Source of the DNA: an uncultured Methanoregulaceae archaeon
Lineage (GTDB): Archaea; Halobacteriota; Methanomicrobia; Methanomicrobiales; Methanospirillaceae
Assembly: GCA_963841015.1 (NCBI GenBank)
Contig: CAWJAX010000003.1
Coordinates: forward strand, 352,001-416,000
Reading direction: 5' to 3'
Length of the DNA stretch: 64,000 nt
Positions 8,290-19,614 of the stretch are shown piece by piece. Numbering within the stretch: position 1 is the stretch's first letter; the number at the start of each line of letters is the position of its first letter. A program made the position numbers and the translations under genes. The notes beneath the pieces were generated by a model. It had not been told where the DNA came from. It did no database searches and saw only the letters and a list, made by a program, of their open reading frames with translations.

Positions 8290-9495
8290 TCAGATCCATC
8301 CGGTAAAAAATGCCCACATATTCTGAAGTCCCGTCGAGATAACAACACGGGGATCAATTCCCAGAACCGGGAAGACGAAAATGAAATAGAGGACTGTCCC
8401 TAAGAGGCTGCCGAGATTTGCGAGAGCAGCAACGAGAACAACCCGGAAGAGCGGGATTTTTGCCATATCGGTCAGGGACTCGGCTTCATAGATCTTCCTG
8501 AAGTCTGTGACCGGAGGTTTTCTCACCCTGGCCTCGACATATGCACCAATCCAGCCGGCGTGGATCATGGGGTTTAGGGAAGTAAACCATGCTACGCAGA
8601 AAACGGTAAGCGCTGTGTAGGGATGTCCGCCCGCAAGGAGCGTGAAGACTGCTGCAAGCACCCCGTGAATGATTACCCAGAAAAGGAACGCATACAGCAG
8701 CACCTCCCAGCCGACACCGGAAAAAGCGATCGCCGCGAGAAGCAGGAAAAAAACCGCTGATACACCGAACCCGAACACTTTGCCCCAGGGGAATGATTTT
8801 GGTTCCCGGGTAAGCGGTTCGAAAGGAGGAAGGGTTGCCGGGTTATCAAGGTAATTTGCTATCCCCTGCCGGTGGCCGGCACCAACAACCGCGAGGATAC
8901 GCCCTTCTGGTCGCTGGGCTTTCAGGAGGATGAGCTGGTGTGCGATGAAAGCATCCCGCTCATCAATCAATGCACGGGCACCATTGGGGGAGAACTTCCG
9001 GAATTCCTCCATGACTGCATCGATCACATTTTGTTCCTTGAGCGATTCGATATCAATCTCCTGACCATTGTCAATTTCAGCAATTGACGCGATGAGGGCC
9101 CAGAACATCTTAATTTTTTCAAAAAAACCCAGAGAACTCCAGAAGCGTAAAAGCGTGAGGCGTATATCCCGGTCTACCAGAGCGAGGGGAATGCCCCGCT
9201 GCTCTGCCTCATCAATGGCAATTTTCATCTCAGCCCCGGGTTCAACACCGACATCGATGCCGATCTTGCGCTGGAGGTAGGCAAGCAGCCACTGAACGAG
9301 GAGCGAATTGAAGTTCTTCACTTCTAGCACATCGTTTACCGAAGGGTCCCGGGCCTGCTTTTTTAATGCGGTAAATCGCGATGTATCGAGTTCAATGGCC
9401 ACAACATCCGGCCTGAAATCCCCGATTGCTGCCCGCACTTCATCGACACTCTGCTGCGAGACATGTGCTGTCCCGATGATCTTTATCTCTGCCAT
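8290..9495 (-). CDS. traB: TraB/PrgY/GumN family protein with C-terminal membrane domain
   Basis: IIGTAHVS, PDVVAIELD, PGAEM, LVDRDIRLT, LIDERD, VVGAGH motifs; hydrophobic C-terminus. Confidence 0.9.
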   Translation of the reverse strand: MAEIKIIGTAHVSQQSVDEVRAAIGDFRPDVVAIELDTSRFTALKKQARDPSVNDVLEVKNFNSLLVQWLLAYLQRKIGIDVGVEPGAEMKIAIDEAEQRGIPLALVDRDIRLTLLRFWSSLGFFEKIKMFWALIASIAEIDNGQEIDIESLKEQNVIDAVMEEFRKFSPNGARALIDERDAFIAHQLILLKAQRPEGRILAVVGAGHRQGIANYLDNPATLPPFEPLTREPKSFPWGKVFGFGVSAVFFLLLAAIAFSGVGWEVLLYAFLFWVIIHGVLAAVFTLLAGGHPYTALTVFCVAWFTSLNPMIHAGWIGAYVEARVRKPPVTDFRKIYEAESLTDMAKIPLFRVVLVAALANLGSLLGTVLYFIFVFPVLGIDPRVVISTGLQNMWAFFTGWI

Positions 9496-9977
9496 CGATC
9501 TCCGTTATGCCTTTATTATCTGTGCTTCATCCACATTAAGGATGATGGGGGGATAGTGGTGCAGATTTTTTTAAAGGTAATTCCCCGCGCAGGAAAAATT
9601 GACAATGCGATTATGTCGGGGGTACGGCGAGGGGTAGTACTGGAATAAAAGTCATGGAAGGATTCTTACCCTGTCTGTGTTTTTTTCGGGTTACCGCTTT
9701 TTTAAGGAATCATACGGAAAAATACCCGCTGTTCCACTATTGAATGGTGTGAGACCAGATCTTCGTCTCCTGTTTTTTTCAGAACTGATAGTATTGCGAT
9801 GACCCATAAGTTATGAGCGTTATTCAGCGCGTAATATCTTTTTTTTAATCTTTTTACAGGGTCGTGTATTTTCGGATTTTTGTGATTCACTTATTTCTAT
9901 ATAAAAATTTGATTTTTATTTTCAGCATAACATTTATTATATAGTGATAGGAGTATTCAATCAGAGGTATTGTAACT

Positions 9978-10811
9978 ATGGCATGTGTTGAACCTGGTTG
10001 GAATGGAACTAAAGCATTTGGAACAACTGTCAATGTCACCGATCCTGTTCAGGGAGGAGTCCCCAAAAACTGTTCATTTATCGCTGGAATTGCATCCCTT
10101 GCCTGGAAACAGAAAGTAGGTCTCCAGCAAGGTCCGACATACACTTTCAATTTTTATCGCATAGCGAATAATGTAACCATTTCAGATCCTCAACAAACAG
10201 ACGGGGTAGTCCCCAATCCGTTGCAAGCAAAGTCTGATGATCCGACCGAATTCTGGCCTGCCTTGTACGAGAAAGCATATTACCAGTGGTTGGAAAACCT
10301 CGGACTCACCAAACCATCGGCACGACCAAAATACTGTTCGCACACCACATGGCAAAATCCGAGTACGGTCTTGTTCCAGCTTACGGGAAAGACGGTAATC
10401 ACAAAAGGTTGCACGGATTGGAACACTGTTTTTAACGATATCAATGGATTCTGCACGAATTGCCCCAGAAGTATAATAAATAGAATGATAAACTCCCCTG
10501 CGGTTGCATGGACATACGATCCAGCGGTATCCAACCCCAACGGTGCGGTGTATTCCGATGCAACAATTGCCGCCAGACATACCTATTCACTGCTTGGCGT
10601 AGTGAACCTGGGAGACACCATGGATAAAAGATTCATTGTACTGCGCAACCCGTATGGAAAGAGTAAAGGTGATCCGAATATGCCCGGATATCTCTATACC
10701 AGCGCACCCTGGTGTAATAATATCATTCTTGGAGATGTTGACGGGATATTCGCGCTCCGTATCGACCAGTTTGTGAAGTATTTTGAAAAATATGCTTGGG
10801 CCACGGTATGA
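9978..10811 (+). CDS. Stand-alone calpain-like (peptidase C2, CysPc) cysteine protease
   Basis: DPVQG...NCSFIAGIASLA (catalytic Cys), FWPALYEKAY, HTYSLLG (His), LRNPYG (Asn), DGIF. Confidence 0.8.
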   Translation: MACVEPGWNGTKAFGTTVNVTDPVQGGVPKNCSFIAGIASLAWKQKVGLQQGPTYTFNFYRIANNVTISDPQQTDGVVPNPLQAKSDDPTEFWPALYEKAYYQWLENLGLTKPSARPKYCSHTTWQNPSTVLFQLTGKTVITKGCTDWNTVFNDINGFCTNCPRSIINRMINSPAVAWTYDPAVSNPNGAVYSDATIAARHTYSLLGVVNLGDTMDKRFIVLRNPYGKSKGDPNMPGYLYTSAPWCNNIILGDVDGIFALRIDQFVKYFEKYAWATV

Positions 10812-10834
10812 TTATCCGGTTACAGGGATGATCT

Positions 10835-13800
10835 ATGCGTAAAGACAGGAATGGGAAAGAAAGGAAGCCAATACAGTTGCCTTTCTCTTTTGTTTTCTGT
10901 GCTTGCATTCTTTTCTTATTTTCAACTGTCGTTTTTCCGGTTTCTGCACTACTGAATGGTACGGAAACGCTGATTACTACTGAGGTCTATAAAACCCTCA
11001 CGTATCCGCCGGCCATAAACGGAGACCGGATAGCCTGGGCAACACAGGATATCGTAGATGATCCGGCATCAGGCTACAGTAGCAGATATATCATGATAAC
11101 GAACCTGACAAGCGGTGATCAATATACAATTCCTTCTCCAATGACCTCCTGGAATTCTGCACCCTCTCTTGAGAAAGATACCCTTGTCTGGATGCAGGAT
11201 CCGGATGGTTTGAATTTTAAAATCATTGCTTACAATTTGGCGACCAATACCGAGATCGCTGCAATCCCGGTAACTCCGGGTGATTACTATACTGACCCAA
11301 AGAATAATATCTTCCCAAAAATATCCGGCAATTCTATCATCTGGCAGGATTATTCCAATGGGAACTGGGATATATTTCATTATAACCTGACCCTGCCTCC
11401 GGGAACACCTCCGGAACAGATTATTACCGGGGGAGAAGACCAGAAAAATCCGGTAATTTCCGGAGATTATGTTGTGTATGAGAACTGGAGCGGACTCAGC
11501 TCCACATTGTATCTTTACAACCTGTCAGACAGAACATCAGTCCGGATTTCACCATCAGCAGATGAGATAAATCCTGCAATAGACGGCATGAATATCGTAT
11601 GGCAGAACCTCAGTCCAACGGGTAAAAAGAGGATACTATTTTACAACATCACATCCGGAGAAACCCGCCAGATACCCCCGGCAGATTTATCGTTTGATCA
11701 GACACATCCCAAAATCTTTGGGAAGTATATCGTCTGGGAAGATACCCGAGAACGCAACCCGTATACTGATATCTACCACTATGATCTCACCGATGGTTCT
11801 GAACGTTTGCTCACGCTAGGGTCACCCGGGAGTAAATTAATGCCGGCGGTGTCTGAAAACCGCATCGTCTGGGAAGACTGGCGTGCGATACATAGTGGTG
11901 AATATAACCCCGATATTTACCTGCTGACCCTTGGCACTCCGGAAACCTGTCCCGGAGCTAATTTCACAGCAAATTATCTCGTGGATCCCCCGGGGGGTCT
12001 GGTAACGTTTACTGACGCTTCCTCATCAGGTACGACTCCCATAGCGTATCGTATCTGGAACTTCAGCGATGGATCCTCATGGGAAAATGATCCTGCACCA
12101 GTCACGACCCACAGCCACATGTTCAGCCAGGATGGAGTATATACTGTCAAATTAACAACAGGCAATGCAAAATGCAGAAATATTTCAACTGGCGGACCAA
12201 GCCATACATTCTTTATCAACAGCTCCCCGATTGCTGATTTCACCGCAACGCCGCTGGAAGGATTATCCCCACTTACCGTCACATTTACTGACAGATCCTA
12301 TGGTGGCCCGACAAGACTTACATGGGATTTCGGCGATGGCAGTCCGGTAGCCAATGGCAGTTCTGTGAATCACCTGTTTACAGAAACCGGGAAAGAATAC
12401 AACGTTACGTTAACCGCATCGAACGGCCATGGCTCCTCAACAGCGACAAAAAACATCCGGACACTCATGGGAGCTCAGAGTGCAGCTTCGACACCCATCG
12501 ATGGCATCAGGGTTGATACCCGGTACAAAGGGCAGTTCCTTACCTATAATGCCACAATGCTGCCATCATTTATTCCGGCTGTTCCGACAACCATTCTCAC
12601 ATCCTTCCCACCCCTCCAGTACGGATGGCAGAATATCACCTTTGTGATTGCTGATAACGAGGCTATCAGTACGGATCCATCAAATACCACATTTTACGCA
12701 AACATTTCACGGTTCTCCTTAACGTCAAACGATACGATTGCCACTACAACCGGCTCGATTCCGCGGATTGGCAACAACTGGGGTGTCAGCTACCAGATGA
12801 ATACTACCGTTTATCCGTCACCGGCATCATTCATGACTGATACACGGGAAGGTGCATCGGCAGGTGATCGTGCAGTATTTGATGATATTGCTTCAAAGGT
12901 CTGGCCTTCTGGTACGCTTGTACGCGATATTGCCTATACCGCAACATTCACGAAACAGAATATCAGACACGAAGGTACTGCAATAATTAATATGAGTGTC
13001 GCCGAAGACTGGGTGAAGGGTCCAGCTGCATCTGTAACCGAAGGCCGGAATTATACCTATATTATGGCATATGGGTATGATACTGAGGGGAACAAGCAGG
13101 GGGCGATCCTATCCAAGCGCTATATTACTACCCATAATGGCCTGGACTATTATGAGGCGGAAGTTCCGGAATCAGCACTCTATCTCTCAAAATTCGCTCT
13201 CGTTAAACTTTCAGGTTCCGGAAATCCCTTCCAGCTCATCACTCTTACCGTTGCAAGCCATATTGATTTAGGTGATGGCGGAGGGGGAGGGGGTAGTGCT
13301 CCGGTTGCTGTTCAGAACACCTTAACCCCGGAGATAAAACCAGCAGCACTTCCTGATTCGGGAAAAACAGCCAAAATCTACGCAAACCTGCAGGGGGTCA
13401 TATCTCAGGCGACCATTCTCCAGTCAAGTGACGGGCTCACATCGGTTACCCTTGGTGAGGGGATTGTTGCAAAAGACAGCGTCGGTAAGTCACTTTCATC
13501 AATAGCCATCAAGGCAATTCCTGCAGATGAGATGCATGCGATCCCCCCAGGTTCTGCATTTACGTTCCAGGGTATGGCTTATGATCTGCAGCCGGATAAC
13601 GCAACATTCTCCCCGGAAATAACAATCAATTTCACTGTCCCGCAGGCAAGGTGGGGACAGGTGTTCGTTGTAAAAACATTTGATACCCCCTCTGGTACCT
13701 GGCAGGATGTCCCCACCAGATATAACCCAAATACCGGTATAGTAACTGCCCGCGTATCGCATTTCTGCTGTTTTGCTCTCTTTGCCAAAGCAGTTGCTCC

Positions 13801-14017
13801 CTCCCCAACCATAACTCCTGTTCCTGCGCTTCTCGCCCCGCAGGTAGCAGCACCACCTCCCCCCACTGCGATGTCCACATTCTCAGGTATGGTCCTGTGG
13901 ATAATTGATGTAGTATCGAAAAATGTTCTGGTCATTGCAGGAATTGTAATCCTCGCAGTTGCCTTATTCCTGTATGGAGGGAAACGGCGGCGTGACCGGT
14001 CGAGGTACCTTCGCTAA
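10835..14017 (+). CDS. Large cell-surface protein: signal peptide, beta-propeller repeats, two PKD domains, C-terminal TM anchor
   Basis: Repeated P-x-I-x-G-x-x-I-V-W-x-D ... D-I-Y-x-Y-D-L units; PKD signatures WNFSDGS and WDFGDGS; SHFCCFAL (PGF-pre-PGF-like); Pro-rich linker, TM helix and KRRRDR tail. Confidence 0.85.
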   Translation: MRKDRNGKERKPIQLPFSFVFCACILFLFSTVVFPVSALLNGTETLITTEVYKTLTYPPAINGDRIAWATQDIVDDPASGYSSRYIMITNLTSGDQYTIPSPMTSWNSAPSLEKDTLVWMQDPDGLNFKIIAYNLATNTEIAAIPVTPGDYYTDPKNNIFPKISGNSIIWQDYSNGNWDIFHYNLTLPPGTPPEQIITGGEDQKNPVISGDYVVYENWSGLSSTLYLYNLSDRTSVRISPSADEINPAIDGMNIVWQNLSPTGKKRILFYNITSGETRQIPPADLSFDQTHPKIFGKYIVWEDTRERNPYTDIYHYDLTDGSERLLTLGSPGSKLMPAVSENRIVWEDWRAIHSGEYNPDIYLLTLGTPETCPGANFTANYLVDPPGGLVTFTDASSSGTTPIAYRIWNFSDGSSWENDPAPVTTHSHMFSQDGVYTVKLTTGNAKCRNISTGGPSHTFFINSSPIADFTATPLEGLSPLTVTFTDRSYGGPTRLTWDFGDGSPVANGSSVNHLFTETGKEYNVTLTASNGHGSSTATKNIRTLMGAQSAASTPIDGIRVDTRYKGQFLTYNATMLPSFIPAVPTTILTSFPPLQYGWQNITFVIADNEAISTDPSNTTFYANISRFSLTSNDTIATTTGSIPRIGNNWGVSYQMNTTVYPSPASFMTDTREGASAGDRAVFDDIASKVWPSGTLVRDIAYTATFTKQNIRHEGTAIINMSVAEDWVKGPAASVTEGRNYTYIMAYGYDTEGNKQGAILSKRYITTHNGLDYYEAEVPESALYLSKFALVKLSGSGNPFQLITLTVASHIDLGDGGGGGGSAPVAVQNTLTPEIKPAALPDSGKTAKIYANLQGVISQATILQSSDGLTSVTLGEGIVAKDSVGKSLSSIAIKAIPADEMHAIPPGSAFTFQGMAYDLQPDNATFSPEITINFTVPQARWGQVFVVKTFDTPSGTWQDVPTRYNPNTGIVTARVSHFCCFALFAKAVAPSPTITPVPALLAPQVAAPPPPTAMSTFSGMVLWIIDVVSKNVLVIAGIVILAVALFLYGGKRRRDRSRYLR

Positions 14018-15528
14018 TACCTGTCCTGAAGATTATAGACCTGGGGTGCCGGTTTCTGTTTGGTCACATCATCCTGAATCCCCTTGAAGATCCCAAGGGC
14101 AATAATAATCACCGGAACAATCTCAAGTCTTCCCAGCCACATGAGAACAATAAAAATCCATTTAATGGAGAGCGGACTTGCTGCAGAGATGAATCCTACC
14201 GTAAGTCCCACATTGCTCAGCCCTGAAACCAGTTCAAAAATTACTTCATCGAGCCGGAACGAGGTAATGTACACATGCAGGGAGATAATCGTCGCGACAA
14301 ATATTGTCAGAACATAGACAACAATAACGAGCATGTTCCGGGAGATCGCCAGCTCCGAGATCTCCCCTGAGAGTGTTTTCCCACCAAAACGGAGCGGTAC
14401 AAGGACGCGGCTGCTCACGAAGAAACGCCGGAACCACCATTTCACTCCCTCATAGGCAAGCATAACACGGTTTACCTTGATTCCTCCTGCAGCACTTCCC
14501 ATAGATCCGCCAATGAACATCATCATCCCGACAACAGCGATCGGGATTGCCACCCATTGATGCGGATCAGAGTTCTGCAGTCCGCAGGTGCAGAGTCCGG
14601 ATATTGCCGTGAAGGTGCCCTGCCGGAATGCAGTTGCAAGTGACAGATTGCCCAGAATGTACAGATCCCAGGAGGTTATGAGGGATCCTGCAAGGGCAAT
14701 CAGCAACAGCATTCTAACCGTAGTATCACGGAACATATCACGGACTTTCCCATGATACAGGAGAAAGAAGACCTTGAACGGGATCGCACCGGCAAGCATC
14801 ACCGGAATAAGCAGGATTTCCAGGAGCGGGTTGTTGTAGTACGCCAGCCCTCCGGAATGGACGGTGAAACCACCCGTAGCGATTGCCACCATCACAAGGT
14901 TAAGCGAATCCCAGAGAGGTATGCCCACGAACATGATAAGACCGGTGAATGCAAAGGTCAATACCAGGTAGATCATCCACATCCGCCGGCTGGTTGATGC
15001 CGCAGGAGAGACGAGTTCTTCTTCGCGCCCTTCAGCACGATAGAGCCGGAACAGTGATACCCGGGTTTTCCTTCGCAGTGAAATCCCGAATGCGATAATT
15101 CCGATACCCCCGATCCAATGGGTAAAAGACCGCCAGAAAAGAAGCGTTTTCGGGGTTGTGTCAAGTGAGGAAATCATGGAAAAACCGGTACCGGTCCACC
15201 CGGACATGGACTCAAAAAAACTGTCAGTAAAGTTCATGTGCAGACCGAACATGAAGGGAAGTGAACCAATAAGGGCAATCGCAAGCCACGAGAACGCAAC
15301 TGCAATAAGGGTACCGGAGAACGTTGGTTCAAGATCCTTATACGAAAGGCGTGATAACAGGCCTCCTGATGCCAGGAAAACGACAGGAGCAGACGCCATA
15401 GGAAGGAGCATATGCCACTCACGGAAAATAACCAGCACGAGAAATGGCAGCAGTGAAGCGATGCCAAGGAACTCAAAAATGCGACCCATGTCGTGAGCGA
15501 TCATGGCGATATGCTCGATGCGCTTCAT
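14014..15528 (-). CDS. trkH: Trk-type potassium uptake membrane subunit
   Basis: Pore-loop motifs FFESMSGWTGTG, AIATGGF, GGSMGSAAGGIK, SGLSNVGL, MWLGRLEI. Confidence 0.93.
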   Translation of the reverse strand: MKRIEHIAMIAHDMGRIFEFLGIASLLPFLVLVIFREWHMLLPMASAPVVFLASGGLLSRLSYKDLEPTFSGTLIAVAFSWLAIALIGSLPFMFGLHMNFTDSFFESMSGWTGTGFSMISSLDTTPKTLLFWRSFTHWIGGIGIIAFGISLRRKTRVSLFRLYRAEGREEELVSPAASTSRRMWMIYLVLTFAFTGLIMFVGIPLWDSLNLVMVAIATGGFTVHSGGLAYYNNPLLEILLIPVMLAGAIPFKVFFLLYHGKVRDMFRDTTVRMLLLIALAGSLITSWDLYILGNLSLATAFRQGTFTAISGLCTCGLQNSDPHQWVAIPIAVVGMMMFIGGSMGSAAGGIKVNRVMLAYEGVKWWFRRFFVSSRVLVPLRFGGKTLSGEISELAISRNMLVIVVYVLTIFVATIISLHVYITSFRLDEVIFELVSGLSNVGLTVGFISAASPLSIKWIFIVLMWLGRLEIVPVIIIALGIFKGIQDDVTKQKPAPQVYNLQDRY

Positions 15529-15648
15529 CAAAATAATCATGCTGATTGGTTGTTTTATATTGTTATGGGTATCGTTTTTTTAGTGCAGTGCCAGTAAAAA
15601 ACCCGGCACAGCTATTAATTTCAGGACAGGTACAATAGGTAATCATTC

Positions 15649-16681
15649 ATGAAACATCTCAATTCCGACCTTTTTCCCTTTGCACTCTTAGTCATTCTTA
15701 TTCTCGTTGGATTCATTGCCTTCTGGTCGGTTGCGGATGTGGTAATACTCGGAGCTTCACTTGCAGTTGTCCTCATCCCGCTGCACCACCGGATTTCAGA
15801 GCACACCATTCCGGAGATCTCAGCGGCAATTGTGACCCTTGCGATTTTTCTGGGAGGGTGCATCATGGTACTATTCACGTACCTCGTCCTTTCTTCAAAC
15901 GTCGTTATACTGACCGGATTGTTTGGAACGATTGGAATATGGCTGAATAATCCTGCAACCAATCCCCTGGATTTTGGTATCCCGGTTGCCAAAGCCACAT
16001 TGTTTGACCTGCTCAATAAAGGGACAGCCCTTTTTGTAGACTACCAGGCAACCCTGCTCGGCAACCTGTCCCTTATCGTATTCAGGATATTCGTGTTTTT
16101 CGTTTCTTTGTTTTCCCTGCTGAGATGGGGTGAACGAGCTCAACATGAAATTCACGAGTCACGTTCCCGAAGTTTTGTCAGGGTATTTCAGGAAGTTGTC
16201 CGGAGTAACCGTGGATACGCTGTATGCAATTTACATTGTCCAGATCGCAATCGCGGCTCTCACGTTCTTCATAGCATTACCGGTTTTTTACCTGCTGGGA
16301 TACGGAAATGTCATTTTTTATTCCTTCCTCGCTGCTTTCTGTGAGCTTATCCCTATTCTCGGGTCATCTGTCGTATTCCTCCTGATGGGGACGTATGCAT
16401 TTGCTCTTGGGGATACCCGGGGAGTCCTCATCCTGTTCTTCCTGGGTTACCTGATTGTTTCCTGCGTGCCGGAATTTTATATCCGTCCCGTGCTTGTGGG
16501 CAGGCGGGTGAAGATTCATCCGGTTATTATGTTTATTGGCATTGTCGGAGGCACCCTCACCATGGGACTTGCCGGTTTCGTGCTGGGCCCGGTCATCATC
16601 GTCCTCATCATCACGAGCTTCCGAATCTATGTGCAGGAAAAAAAAGAACGATCCGTACAGGGAACTTCATCTCACCCTTAA
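15649..16681 (+). CDS. AI-2E family transporter, split by one frameshift near 16132 (probable sequencing indel)
   Basis: ORFs 15649-16344 and 16130-16681 join as WG|NELNMKF; motifs ELIPILGS, YIRPVLVG, KIHPVIMFIGIVGG, GFVLGP. Confidence 0.8.
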
Positions 16682-16752
16682 TAAACAAATTATATCCCCC
16701 GTATTAAAAGAGAAAGGATTATACCTTATTTCTGACGACAGGTATTGAAGGA

Positions 16753-18567
16753 ATGCTTAAAAACTATTTCGCAATCCCGGGAATCGTCAAGTCGATGGGA
16801 CTTGTCTTTGGAGATATCGGCACGAGTCCGATTTATACCTTCACGGCAATTTTTCTCCTCATCCCCCCCACTCCTGAAAATGTGATGGGTATCCTTTCAC
16901 TGATTATCTGGACGCTCACAATTCTTGTAACTGTAGAATACACGTACCTCGCGATGCACCTTGGTAAGAAGGGTGAAGGCGGCACCATAGTGCTCAAGGA
17001 GATCCTTTTACCCTTATTGAAAACAGGAAATCAGGTTGCTTTTGTTTCATTCCTCACGATTGTAGGAATCGCTCTCTTTATCGGCGATTGTGTCATCACG
17101 CCGGCTATCACTATCCTTTCTGCAGTTGAGGGGGTACTCCTGATTCCGGGTCTGGAGAATACCTCTCAGGTCACGCTTATGGTCGTTGCCGGAATAATTG
17201 CCATTGTTCTTTTTTCAGTCCAGGCACGCGGTTCGGAAAAAGTTGCCTGGGCATTTGGCCCGGTAATGGTAATCTGGTTTTTAGCGCTTGCATCCGGCGG
17301 ACTGATGGCACTCTTTGCCGCCCCGCAGGTGCTCCTTGCACTCAATCCGATGTACGGTATCAATTACCTGCTACATAACGGTCTTGCAGGATTTCTTATC
17401 CTCTCATCGGTAATCCTGTGTGCAACCGGCGGCGAGGCATTATACGCAGACATGGGTCATCTGGGAAGAGAGCCTATCGTAAGGGCATGGTATCTGGTCT
17501 TTATTGCGCTTTCCATTAATTATTTTGGACAGGGAGCATTTCTGATCACCCATCCCGGTGCACAAAATATTCTTTTTGAAATGATGTACTCAGAGATGCA
17601 ACTGCTGTATATTCCGTTCCTGATTCTCAGCATCATTGCTTCCGTGATCGCCTCACAGGCAATGATATCGGGAATTTTTTCAATTATCTATCAAGGCATC
17701 ACTACCCGCATCATGCCCCTGCTGCATATCGATTTTACGTCCCCTCAACTCCGGTCGCAGATTTATATTGACATTGTCAACTGGTTCTTACTCTTTGCTG
17801 TCCTTCTCATGATTATCATATTCAAAACCTCAAACAACCTCACGCATGCTTATGGTCTTGCAGTCAGTGGCACCATGGTAATCACCGGTCTCATGATACT
17901 TTGGATTCTTTTCCTCCGCGGTGAGATTGTGAAGACATCGATCGCTTTGGGCGTGTTATCGGTTAATATGGTTTTTTTACTCGCAAACCTGAACAAAATT
18001 CCCTACGGGGGATACATTTCCCTGCTTATCGCTTTTATTCCGTTCTCCATCATATTTATCTTTGTTAAGGGCCAGAAAAAACTCGCCGCTGCCCTGAAAC
18101 CAGTTCCCCTCGATGAATTCCTGGGACAGTATAATGAACTGTATAAATCTATCAACAGGATTTCAGGATCGGCACTGTTCTTAGCCCGCGACTTCCGCAG
18201 CCTGCCCCCGTATATCCCACGGATTATGTTCACGAACAATATCATGTATGACGATAATATTATCGTTTCAATTATCCGGACAGAACAACCCTTTGGCGTA
18301 ACGTGGGGTGTCACCCGCGAGATCGCAAAAGGACTCTCAATCTTTGAGATATACCTTGGGTATATGGAGATAGTCGATATCGGGGCAATATTAAAAGAGG
18401 CTGAGATCGAAGAAAAGACCATCTTCTATGGTATGGAAGACATTGTGACCACCCACCCGATCTGGCGTATCTTTGCGGCGATAAAGCGTCTTTCGCCGGC
18501 ATTGGTCCAGTTTTATAAGCTGCCATCAGACAGGATCCATGGTGTTGTTACGAGGGTTGAGTTATAA
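16753..18567 (+). CDS. kup: KUP/HAK/KT family potassium transporter
   Basis: GLVFGDIGTSPIY, GEGG, GDCVITPAITILSAVEG, GGEALYADMGH, SQAMISG, QIYI. Confidence 0.95.
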   Translation: MLKNYFAIPGIVKSMGLVFGDIGTSPIYTFTAIFLLIPPTPENVMGILSLIIWTLTILVTVEYTYLAMHLGKKGEGGTIVLKEILLPLLKTGNQVAFVSFLTIVGIALFIGDCVITPAITILSAVEGVLLIPGLENTSQVTLMVVAGIIAIVLFSVQARGSEKVAWAFGPVMVIWFLALASGGLMALFAAPQVLLALNPMYGINYLLHNGLAGFLILSSVILCATGGEALYADMGHLGREPIVRAWYLVFIALSINYFGQGAFLITHPGAQNILFEMMYSEMQLLYIPFLILSIIASVIASQAMISGIFSIIYQGITTRIMPLLHIDFTSPQLRSQIYIDIVNWFLLFAVLLMIIIFKTSNNLTHAYGLAVSGTMVITGLMILWILFLRGEIVKTSIALGVLSVNMVFLLANLNKIPYGGYISLLIAFIPFSIIFIFVKGQKKLAAALKPVPLDEFLGQYNELYKSINRISGSALFLARDFRSLPPYIPRIMFTNNIMYDDNIIVSIIRTEQPFGVTWGVTREIAKGLSIFEIYLGYMEIVDIGAILKEAEIEEKTIFYGMEDIVTTHPIWRIFAAIKRLSPALVQFYKLPSDRIHGVVTRVEL

Positions 18568-18762
18568 TCAGATTTTATGGCAGGGATTGTTTTGTGGATT
18601 CGCCCCAGAATACCGGACACTCTTTTAAACCAACTGCAGGAACAATTCCCGAAAGGCAACAGATCGTGAATTGAATCGGTTTAGAACTGCTGCGAATCAG
18701 GGACCAGAGGGATATACTGAATTCGCTCAACTACCGTTCCGCTTCACAAAAAATTGATGATT

Positions 18763-19419
18763 TCAGATATATCCTACTCTTAACAGGAGAGAGATCAGCG
18801 AATAGAGTGCAAAGGAGAATACCACGAGGGTAATAATCAGAATACCTGTCCGTATCTTTATTGAATCCCACCGGGTATAGATGCCACAGAAGAAAAGAAC
18901 AATCGCAAAGAGGACCGTGTTGGAGATGTAGAGATCCCCGTTTGTATTTGCATCCTTGCCGTCGTTAAATGCGGTTGTTGCCATTGCTTCCAGATGGGCA
19001 CTCTCATTATATTTGGCCAGGGAATATTCAGGAAGTTCAAACGGTGTTCCCGGGGGAATCGGGTTTGTTGTACTGGCTTTGGCAATCCAGACTTCAAAAG
19101 CAGGTTTGAACTCTTCCCTGAAACGCTCTTCTAAAAATTTTGCTTCTCTGAGATCACCTTTGCCCATTGCATCGACCCAGCTCGTAAAAGTCTGAACATC
19201 GATTATCACCTGGGTATTGGCCGCGGTTGACGCCCTGACCGATTCTGTGCGGTACTTTGAAGCATCACCGAAATCAACTGCCTGGATTCCATTCCACCGT
19301 GTGGCCTGGTAGACGCAGAACGCTGTTGAGAGTGTGGCAATCAGGAGGAGGATGGCAAAAATGATATCCATCTTCGGAATGCCTTTTTGCGGAATTTTCA
19401 TCTGACCTGGAATGATCAT
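18763..19419 (-). CDS. Hypothetical membrane protein
   Basis: N-terminal TM (AILLLIATLSTAFCVYQATRW), soluble helical middle, two C-terminal TMs. Confidence 0.7.
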   Translation of the reverse strand: MIIPGQMKIPQKGIPKMDIIFAILLLIATLSTAFCVYQATRWNGIQAVDFGDASKYRTESVRASTAANTQVIIDVQTFTSWVDAMGKGDLREAKFLEERFREEFKPAFEVWIAKASTTNPIPPGTPFELPEYSLAKYNESAHLEAMATTAFNDGKDANTNGDLYISNTVLFAIVLFFCGIYTRWDSIKIRTGILIITLVVFSFALYSLISLLLRVGYI

Positions 19420-19614
19420 GGTAGATACCTTCGGATTCTCTATGAGATAATCTCCTCGATACTATAATTAGGTAACCAAATTCAGATAATCGCCTCTATC
19501 GGTAAGGAGGGATTAATCCGCAAACATCGAATAATCTTTTCACCTGATGGAGGAAAAGAGATATGTTTTCATCTGTCACTTTTCAGCTCTGTCTCTCTCC
19601 AGCCGAACTGAGCC

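Noticed and set aside
16682-16752. Possible c-di-AMP riboswitch upstream of kup
   Set aside because: Spacer is only 71 nt and AT-rich, with no matching structure
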